From: Halomicronema hongdechloris C2206 | Lineage (GTDB): Bacteria > Cyanobacteriota > Cyanobacteriia > Phormidesmidales > Phormidesmidaceae | DNA length: 32,000 nucleotides | NCBI RefSeq assembly: GCF_002075285.3 | Contig: NZ_CP021983.2 | Coordinates: 630,001-662,000, forward strand | Direction of reading: 5' to 3' | Part shown: positions 15,787-22,862 of the stretch, piece after piece | How the letters are laid out: every line of letters begins with the position of its first letter | Numbering within the stretch: the stretch's first letter is position 1 | The notes under the pieces: model-generated | The model's input: only the letters and a program-made list of their open reading frames with translations | Told to the model about the DNA's origin: nothing | The model's database searches: none | Program-made: the position numbers and the translations under genes

Positions 15787-17880
15787 CTAGGAAGCCGCCA
15801 CCGCTTGACGTTCCTTTGCCTCCTTAATCACTTCTTCAGCAACATTATTCGGACAAGGAGCATAGTGCGAAAACGACATGGAAAACTGGCCCCGGCCTGA
15901 CGTCATAGTCCGTAGGTCACCAATGTAGCCAAACATTTCACTCAAGGGAGCATCTGCCTTGATTCGCACTCCAGTAGGTCCTGGCTCCTGGGACTTAATC
16001 ATGCCGCGGCGGCGGTTGAGGTCACCGATCACATCTCCCATATAGTCATCAGGGGTAAAGACGTCAACGGCCATCACCGGCTCAAGTAGTTGGGGCTTAG
16101 CCTTAGGCATCGACTGCCGATAGGCCGCTTTGGCAGCAATCTCGAAGGCAATAGCAGAAGAGTCCACCGGGTGGTAGGCACCATCACTCAGGGTTACCTT
16201 GAGATCCACCACCGGGTAGCCAGCCAACGGGCCTTTTTCGATGCTAGTTTCAAACCCTTTCTGTACCGCTGGCCAGAATTCTCGGGGGACATTGCCACCA
16301 GTCACCTTAGACTCAAACTGGAAGCCGCTGCCAGGATCGCCCGGCTCGATGGTGTAGTCAATCTTACCAAACTGGCCAGAGCCACCTGTCTGCTTCTTGT
16401 GGGTGTAGCTGTCTTGCAGCACCTTGGTAATGGTCTCGCGGTAGGCTACCTGAGGCTTGCCGACTTCGACCTCAACCCCATAGGTACGCTTGAGAATATC
16501 CACCTTAACGTCTAGGTGCAGTTCACCCATTCCCTTCAGAATGGTTTCCCCGCTCTCTTCGTCGGTTTCGACGTAGAAGGACGGATCTTCCTGGACCATC
16601 TTACCGATGGCTAACCCCATCTTCTCAGTGTCAGCTTTCTTCTTGGCCGCTACAGCCACAGAAATCACCGGTTCCGGAAAGATCATGGGTTCAAGGGTAG
16701 CTGGATCCTTGGGATCACAGAGGGTATGCCCCGTCTGTACGTTTTTCATCCCGATCACGGCGACAATATCACCGGCTTGGGCCCATTCCACCTCCTCCCG
16801 GGAGTTGGCGTGCATCTCTACCAAACGGCTAATGCGTTCGGTTTTACCGGTAGCCGTATCGAGGACTGTATCTCCCTTGTTTAACTGTCCCGAGTAAATC
16901 CGGGTAAAGGTAAGTGCCCCGAATCGGTCGTCCATGATCTTAAAGGCCAGTGCTCGTAGGGGCTTTTCTGGATCGACGTAGGCAAGGCGACCCGTTTCGT
17001 TACCTTCCAAATCCATCTCTGGTTGGGGCTTCACCTCCATGGGATTAGGCAGGTAGTCGACCACAGCGTCTAGCACCAACTGCACCCCTTTGTTCTTAAA
17101 AGAGGATCCACAGTAAGTGGGGAAAAACTTCAACTCAATCGTGCCCTTGCGAATACAGCGCTTCAGCTCTTCCAGAGAAATCTCTTCCCCTTCTAGATAC
17201 TTCTCCATCAGCGCATCATCCTGCTCCACCGCCAGCTCTACCAGGGCCTCGCGGTATTCTTCCACCTGATCTACCATATCGGCGGGTACATCCTGGATCT
17301 CGTAGTTCATGGGGTCGCCAGACTCATCCCAGATCCAGGCTTTGCGAGTCAGGAGGTCAACCACGCCCTGGAAGTTACTCTCAAAGCCAATGGGTAGCAC
17401 CATGACTAGGGGCTTAGCAGCTAGGACATCTTCTACCTGCTTCACCACGCGGAAAAAATCAGCCCCAACTCGATCTAACTTGTTGACGTAGATGATACGA
17501 GCAACTTTGGAATCGTTGGCGTAGCGCCAGTTTGTTTCAGATTGAGGTTCCACGCCACCGGAGCCACAAAAAACACCAATACCACCATCTAGAACCTTCA
17601 GGGACCGGTACACCTCAATGGTGAAATCAACGTGACCTGGGGTATCGATGATGTTAAGCTGGTGGTTTTTCCAGAAGCAAGAAGTCGCAGCAGACTGAAT
17701 CGTAATGCCACGCTCCTGTTCTTGCTCCATAAAGTCAGTGGTTGCAGCCCCCTCATGAACCTCACCGATCTTATGGATCTTACCGGTAAGCTTCAAGATT
17801 CGTTCGGTGGTGGTGGTCTTGCCCGCGTCTACGTGAGCAAAAATGCCGATATTGCGATAGAGCGTGATGTCTTTCTTCAT
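15787..17880 (-). CDS. fusA: Elongation factor G, second-copy (EF-G2-like) type, not in an str operon context
   Basis: The 697-aa protein has G1 [13 protein letters not shown]3 DTPGHVDF and G4 NKLD. It has full EF-G domains II-V and closely resembles standalone EF-G 2 proteins ([35 protein letters not shown]...). No rpsL, rpsG or tuf gene is adjacent. Confidence 0.95.
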   Translation of the reverse strand: MKKDITLYRNIGIFAHVDAGKTTTTERILKLTGKIHKIGEVHEGAATTDFMEQEQERGITIQSAATSCFWKNHQLNIIDTPGHVDFTIEVYRSLKVLDGGIGVFCGSGGVEPQSETNWRYANDSKVARIIYVNKLDRVGADFFRVVKQVEDVLAAKPLVMVLPIGFESNFQGVVDLLTRKAWIWDESGDPMNYEIQDVPADMVDQVEEYREALVELAVEQDDALMEKYLEGEEISLEELKRCIRKGTIELKFFPTYCGSSFKNKGVQLVLDAVVDYLPNPMEVKPQPEMDLEGNETGRLAYVDPEKPLRALAFKIMDDRFGALTFTRIYSGQLNKGDTVLDTATGKTERISRLVEMHANSREEVEWAQAGDIVAVIGMKNVQTGHTLCDPKDPATLEPMIFPEPVISVAVAAKKKADTEKMGLAIGKMVQEDPSFYVETDEESGETILKGMGELHLDVKVDILKRTYGVEVEVGKPQVAYRETITKVLQDSYTHKKQTGGSGQFGKIDYTIEPGDPGSGFQFESKVTGGNVPREFWPAVQKGFETSIEKGPLAGYPVVDLKVTLSDGAYHPVDSSAIAFEIAAKAAYRQSMPKAKPQLLEPVMAVDVFTPDDYMGDVIGDLNRRRGMIKSQEPGPTGVRIKADAPLSEMFGYIGDLRTMTSGRGQFSMSFSHYAPCPNNVAEEVIKEAKERQAVAAS

Positions 17881-18301
17881 GATGGCTCTCTAATGAGTCA
17901 AATGAGTCAATAAACCGTTGGTGACCACCTGCGAGGGGTACTCATGGGCAACTAGTGCCGCCTTCAGAGGCGATACGAACATGCTTCGTATACCCGAAAT
18001 CTTAAGAGATCCTTTGTGAGGGTTACGACAACATTGCCAATTGTAAAGCTTTGGGCTGAAAAGGTGGAAGAGGGTGACTGACTTAAATGGCTGCATCTCC
18101 CTGAAACTGGGAGTAGGCGGCATTATAAATAAATTTTCCAGCTTTATTCTAGTATGGTCTTTCAGCAGCTACAGCATTTCCCCCAGGTGAGGTACAGCTT
18201 GTCTCCTGAAGTCAAGGGTTTCATGGCTATCCTTCTACCTCCTCACTAGATTCAGAAACGCTGGATGTTCATCACTGAGATCGCGGCTCCACGCCTCTGG
18301 C

Positions 18302-18637
18302 TTAGCGGGCCGAAAAGACAATCTTAATGACGGCATCTTGGACACTATTGGCAGGTTTATTGAAACCTACCGCCAACAGAGCATTGCTCAGGGCCTCAGT
18401 CACTTGAGCTGGATGGTAATCATCGAACAGCCGGGCCATTTCTCGCTGTAGATCGTCTGGCACCGGCACCACCCGCTGACCATTATCGTCGCGGGAAAAC
18501 ACAGACTGGGTTGTCATGGCAAGATTCCTAGATTCCTGCCTAAGATTTGGCAGGGTGTCCTCGTCCGTACTTTGCCCTAGGAATCCTGGTGCTGGGGGAG
18601 AAAATACTAGAGGTTCTACGGTGTTGGGATGGTTCAT
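18302..18637 (-). CDS. Hypothetical small protein
   Basis: The ORF is 111 aa, or 71 aa from the alternative ATG at 18517 (MTTQSVFSRDDNGQ...). I recognise no domain. It is divergent from the PEP-CTERM gene. Confidence 0.4.
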   Translation of the reverse strand: MNHPNTVEPLVFSPPAPGFLGQSTDEDTLPNLRQESRNLAMTTQSVFSRDDNGQRVVPVPDDLQREMARLFDDYHPAQVTEALSNALLAVGFNKPANSVQDAVIKIVFSAR

Positions 18638-18735
18638 GGATTAGCCATCTTAGAGACGGAACGTCATGATTGCTGCTTCGTCTCCGATCAACCTCCTTGC
18701 CACGTAGGCAGTATTCCCTTCACTGACTTTGAACC

Positions 18736-19584
18736 ATGATTTCTAATACCTCCATAGGCCTATTTGCTCTGGTGGGAGCAGCCTCTACTGTCATGACTAC
18801 TGTTATGACCGCTCTTCCTGTTCAGGCTGCCAGTTACTACCTGGATTTTGACACCGATCCCCTAAGCAATCCGATTACCAGCAGTACCGTTGGGGATCCC
18901 TACGGCATTAGTGATCAGTGGTCTGATTGGGGAGTTACCCTAGGGGCCACTAACAAGGCGGGCTCTAGGGCGGAACCGCTACTGCTGTTCAACAGCAATC
19001 CTGATTCCTACACAGGCGGTGATAGGGATTTACGCAGCGGTGATCCCTGGGGTACTGCTGTGCAGAATAACGTCTTGATCATTCAGGAAGACGGGTTTAG
19101 GCGCAACGGAACTGTTAAGAATGCTCATGACCCCGATGATGAAGCCAACGGTGGCATCATTTCCTTTGACTTTCAGGCCCCGGTTACCCTGGGCAGTATT
19201 CAGTTGCTCGACGTTGATGACTTCGGCGCTCGGGGGCAGTATGTTACGTTTACGGCCTGGGATGCCGATGGCAACCAAGTAGCCACGACTCAATTTGATC
19301 ACGTGGCCTTGACAGCCCCTGATCGAGTAACCAATCTGTCCAGTCAAGGCATCACTGGTGATAATTCGCTCTATGACTTTGCTCTGGGCTACAGTGGTGT
19401 AGCTCGCTTAGAGGTACTATACCCGGGGAGCGGTGCGATCGCAGGGTTGCAATGGAGCGATGACTCTGATGACTCTACTGAACCCACCTCAGTTCCGGAG
19501 CCACGGAACACCGTCAGTCTTCTGGGTCTGGTCGCTCTGGGTGCGGTCGAAGTCACTCGCCGCCGTTCTAGCCGAGAGGAGTAA
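18736..19584 (+). CDS. PEP-CTERM sorting-domain secreted protein
   Basis: The N-terminal signal peptide ends in ...ALPVQA/AS. The C-terminus is VPEP-RNTVS-LLGLVALGAVEV-TRRR, which is the PEP motif, a hydrophobic helix and a basic cluster. Confidence 0.8.
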   Translation: MISNTSIGLFALVGAASTVMTTVMTALPVQAASYYLDFDTDPLSNPITSSTVGDPYGISDQWSDWGVTLGATNKAGSRAEPLLLFNSNPDSYTGGDRDLRSGDPWGTAVQNNVLIIQEDGFRRNGTVKNAHDPDDEANGGIISFDFQAPVTLGSIQLLDVDDFGARGQYVTFTAWDADGNQVATTQFDHVALTAPDRVTNLSSQGITGDNSLYDFALGYSGVARLEVLYPGSGAIAGLQWSDDSDDSTEPTSVPEPRNTVSLLGLVALGAVEVTRRRSSREE

Positions 19585-20118
19585 CGGCCTCTTGCCGAGT
19601 TATCGGGTCGATGCTGCATTGGCTGTTCGGCGTTAAGGTAGGTAATGATCTACTGTTAACCCTGAACAGATTAACTGATTACAGCCAATTAATTTGGGAT
19701 TCTGGGTTAACTCCCGTGGGTATTCAGCCAATTAAAGCGACAGTTAGGGGGCGATGGAACCATTCAGCCCTATCTGAAGTCTTGGTAGAACAACCTACTC
19801 GATGTGGTCTGGGTTGCCGTTGCCTGTTGTCATTAGCGTGCTATTAAGCGTCAGTGCATATGAAGCGATGTTGCCAAGTTGCGATTAATCTTTAAGACTT
19901 TGAGATTTTGTTTGGCTATGTCAACTCTCCGTTCACAAGCTAGGCTTTCTGGGTTACAGTATCGATCAGATAGATTCTAAAGAAAATATTAAACGCCGAT
20001 ATATCAGATCTAGCCTAAGTGCTAGAGCTTTCCTCCGGTGAACTTTGGGTTTTGTCTGGAACGCGATTTAAATGCACCTTTACATCACACAAGTCAACCT
20101 TGTTCAGGATGGGGGAGT

Positions 20119-20334
20119 ATGAACGCTGTATTGCTGCGATTGATATGGTCTGTGATTGAGGATACGCCTCCTCACATTCTGACAGGATTCGACGACTCTA
20201 CCCTCAGTAAGCATTTAGTCAACCGAGTGGAAAGCCAGGTGCATCTCAGTCGAGATGACCACCGGACTCTATGGTCTTACCTGGCCGCCAGAATGCCTCT
20301 AATTCGCGACCTTGCCCATCAGAGGGTTGCCTAG
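20119..20334 (+). CDS. Hypothetical small protein (71 aa)
   Basis: The ATG at 20119 is preceded by GGGGGAG, and the track ORF starts further upstream at 20038. No homology is recognised. The ORF is convergent with the CHAT gene. Confidence 0.3.
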   Translation: MNAVLLRLIWSVIEDTPPHILTGFDDSTLSKHLVNRVESQVHLSRDDHRTLWSYLAARMPLIRDLAHQRVA

Positions 20335-20468
20335 ACTTTGATGGGCTAATCCGTCTGGTGAGGCTTCTGCTGTTGTGACTCGCCTGACCCACTAAAGATA
20401 GCGAAACCCAAGAGCATCCCTTACCTGTGCCTGTATGTCTATCTGAATTGGCGTAAGAACAAACCGAT

Positions 20469-22853
20469 TTAATCGGGAGCTCCCACCAGGGTAAAGGCCG
20501 CCCAGTCTCGCGGGTGGGGATAGTCTGCCATAGTCTTTAGCATGGCCCGTCGTAGTGCTTGTGCCTTATCAAACCCTTGGAGCCAAGTGGTATAGAAGTG
20601 AATCATCAGTTGAGCTGTTGGTGTGTCAGGTACAGCCCAGAGGGAGACGACTGCACTGCGGGCGCCAGCGACTATCAGGGAACGCGATAATCCGACTATC
20701 CCGTCTCCAGTTACTTCCCCTAGCCCGGTATCACAGGCACTCAGAACAACTAAGTCAGCCTGCAGCGGTAAGCTGGCAAGTTCCCTAGCCGTGAGGAGGC
20801 CATCTTCTGTTTCGGATGGCGCTAAAGCAATGGCTCCCGGTAGGGGAATGCCGGTGCTGGTGCGTTCTACGTAGTCTAGGAGGCCATGGGTAGCTAAATG
20901 AATAATCGAGGCGTCTAGCATGGCTGGGACCAGGGCTGTTTCGGTAGCCTGGACGCCTAACCAAGGGCGAGTCTTTAGGAGCTCAGCCACGGCCATCGCT
21001 TCCTGTTCTGCGCCTGGCAGCGGCGGCAGGGGCTGAGCAGGACTCTCCGACGTCTCTGGCATGGTGGGCATGACTGGGTTCCCGGCGACAACGGTGGCAG
21101 CCTGGGCGTCTGTGGGCTGGGTTGGGGTGGCTGCCAACAGGTGAATGGCTGGGGCGGTCAGCAGAGTGTGGTGTTCGATCAGGTACTGACCATCGCTATC
21201 TTGTAGGGCAGCGAAGGGCACGTAGAACAGGACTTCTTGGGGAATGAACACGACCCGTTGCTCTGGATCTGAGGGTAAATGGGCTCGGATAGGTGCGATG
21301 AGTACCTGATGGAGTTCCTGCAGGTAAACATTAGAGGCCTCTGACGAAGTCGGTACTATCTGGATACTACGATTACGACCTCGTGCTCCCATGGCTGCCC
21401 GTCCCTGCTCGACTGTGGTGGGGAGGGATAGTGTCGCGGTATCGAGTCCTTGCTGGTGAAAGGTGATATTTCCCTGGGGAGAGACGACCCAGATATACAG
21501 GTGGGTTGCCGGAGCCCGCTGATGCCCTTGGAAGATAAAGTTGTCTGCGGGCACCAGAGCATATTCCACCAGGGTGGCATTTAGGTCACGGGCTGTCTGT
21601 TGGATGGTTTCTAAGTCGATTGAGGCCTGGGCCTGTGGAGCCAGTAGATCCATCAAAGCCCTGGCTCGTCCTTGCTCTGATGCCTCCAGGGCGGCTCCGT
21701 AGCGTCCCTGGGCCACCAGAACCTGCATCAGCAGGGTATAGGTATAGATCTGGGTGTTGAAAACGGCAATGTTGGCTGTGTCTTCTAACCCTTGGCGCAG
21801 CGCGGTGAGATGCTGGATGGCTTCCCTGAGAGATTGTTCTGCTGTGGTGGTGGCTCCTTGGGCAAGTTGTGCGTGGGCTAGGTTGTTGAGGGAAGCTGCC
21901 AATAGTCTCGGCGCTGCTAAAGAGCGTGCGATCGCAACGCTGCGGCGATGGTAGTCCAGGGCTTGGCCTAGGGCCTGCTGGTCTTCGGCCATGACCCCCA
22001 GATTGGTGAGGACTTCTGCCTGGAGCTTGACGTCCTGGGTTTGCCGGGCCAGATCTAGACCCTGCCGGTAGAAGCTCTGGGCCCGTTGCCAGTCGCCCAG
22101 ACGATGATAAATGACGCCCAGATTGTTGAAACCATGGGCGCTAGTGGCCAAATCCCCAGCTTCGCGACTGAGGGCAATGCTGTCTTGGGCATAGGCAAGG
22201 GCGACTCCATAGCGCTGCTGTAGGGTGGCCAAACCACTGAGGTTGAGTCGGATCATGGCCTCTAGGCCGGGGTGATGAAGAGACTCCAACTGACTGAGTC
22301 CGGCCGCTTGGGCCTGCCAAGCCGCTTCGTAGTCCCCCATGGCTTCGTAGGTATTGCCCAACAGACTCAGGGTCTGGGCCTGGCCCACCCGATGATCATG
22401 CTCCCGCATCAGAGCCAGGGTCTGACGATAGGTGGTGACTGCGTCTGCTAACCGGCCCAGGGATTGGTAGGCGATGCCCAGATTGCCTAGTAACTGGGCC
22501 TGGAGCATGGCATCAGATCGGGAGGCGGCTAGGGGGAGCCCCTGCTGGGCCGATGCGATCGCATCGGGATAATCCCCCATGGCAATGGCTGTCGCCGCTA
22601 GGGCATTCAACGTCGCCGCTATCTGAGTGGTGGCGCCTAAGGCTTGGTAGAGATCCAGGGCCAGCTGCCAGTGGTCAAGGGCTTGGGAATAATCGTGGCG
22701 ATCGAAGGCGGCATGCCCCTGGTGAAACAGCTGATCGGCCCGTTGCCGCTGAGAGGCCTGGGCCATGTCAATGGCGTCAGTCCTGACGATGGCTGCTGCT
22801 GCCGGGGGGATCCTCTCTAAAGTCAATGCCAGCGTCAGTAGCAGAGAGATCAT
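20469..22853 (-). CDS. TPR-repeat CHAT-domain protein (caspase-fold protease) with a hydrophobic signal-like N-terminus
   Basis: The N-terminus is MISLLLTLALTLERIPPAAAA. It has about 8 or more TPR-like units (for example LGNLGIAYQSLGRLADAVTTYRQTLAL and NNLGVIYHRLGDWQRAQSFYRQGLDLA). The C-terminal CHAT domain has the His motif IIHLATHG (His656, codon 20886-20888) and the Cys motif LVVLSACDTG (Cys707, codon 20733-20735). Confidence 0.9.
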   Translation of the reverse strand: MISLLLTLALTLERIPPAAAAIVRTDAIDMAQASQRQRADQLFHQGHAAFDRHDYSQALDHWQLALDLYQALGATTQIAATLNALAATAIAMGDYPDAIASAQQGLPLAASRSDAMLQAQLLGNLGIAYQSLGRLADAVTTYRQTLALMREHDHRVGQAQTLSLLGNTYEAMGDYEAAWQAQAAGLSQLESLHHPGLEAMIRLNLSGLATLQQRYGVALAYAQDSIALSREAGDLATSAHGFNNLGVIYHRLGDWQRAQSFYRQGLDLARQTQDVKLQAEVLTNLGVMAEDQQALGQALDYHRRSVAIARSLAAPRLLAASLNNLAHAQLAQGATTTAEQSLREAIQHLTALRQGLEDTANIAVFNTQIYTYTLLMQVLVAQGRYGAALEASEQGRARALMDLLAPQAQASIDLETIQQTARDLNATLVEYALVPADNFIFQGHQRAPATHLYIWVVSPQGNITFHQQGLDTATLSLPTTVEQGRAAMGARGRNRSIQIVPTSSEASNVYLQELHQVLIAPIRAHLPSDPEQRVVFIPQEVLFYVPFAALQDSDGQYLIEHHTLLTAPAIHLLAATPTQPTDAQAATVVAGNPVMPTMPETSESPAQPLPPLPGAEQEAMAVAELLKTRPWLGVQATETALVPAMLDASIIHLATHGLLDYVERTSTGIPLPGAIALAPSETEDGLLTARELASLPLQADLVVLSACDTGLGEVTGDGIVGLSRSLIVAGARSAVVSLWAVPDTPTAQLMIHFYTTWLQGFDKAQALRRAMLKTMADYPHPRDWAAFTLVGAPD

Positions 22854-22862
22854 GAGTTGCCG

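Noticed and set aside
17890-18123. 77-aa minus-strand ORF in the EF-G upstream region
   Set aside because: The composition is odd (MPPTPSFREMQ...CCRNPHKGS), there is no ribosome-binding site, and it would end only 10 nt before the EF-G ATG. I treat the region as leader/promoter instead.
19611-19847. 78-aa plus-strand ORF just after the PEP-CTERM gene
   Set aside because: It has no ribosome-binding site, lies in the AT-richer spacer, and gives no recognisable protein features. I cannot exclude it without conservation or expression data.
19585-20468. Hidden TpsB (ShlB/FhaC) gene or pseudogene downstream of the CHAT gene
   Set aside because: No long minus-strand ORF exists here, and 880 bp is about half the length a TpsB needs. 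I could not recognise POTRA or beta-barrel motifs by eye. This is kept only as a testable remnant hypothesis in the findings.
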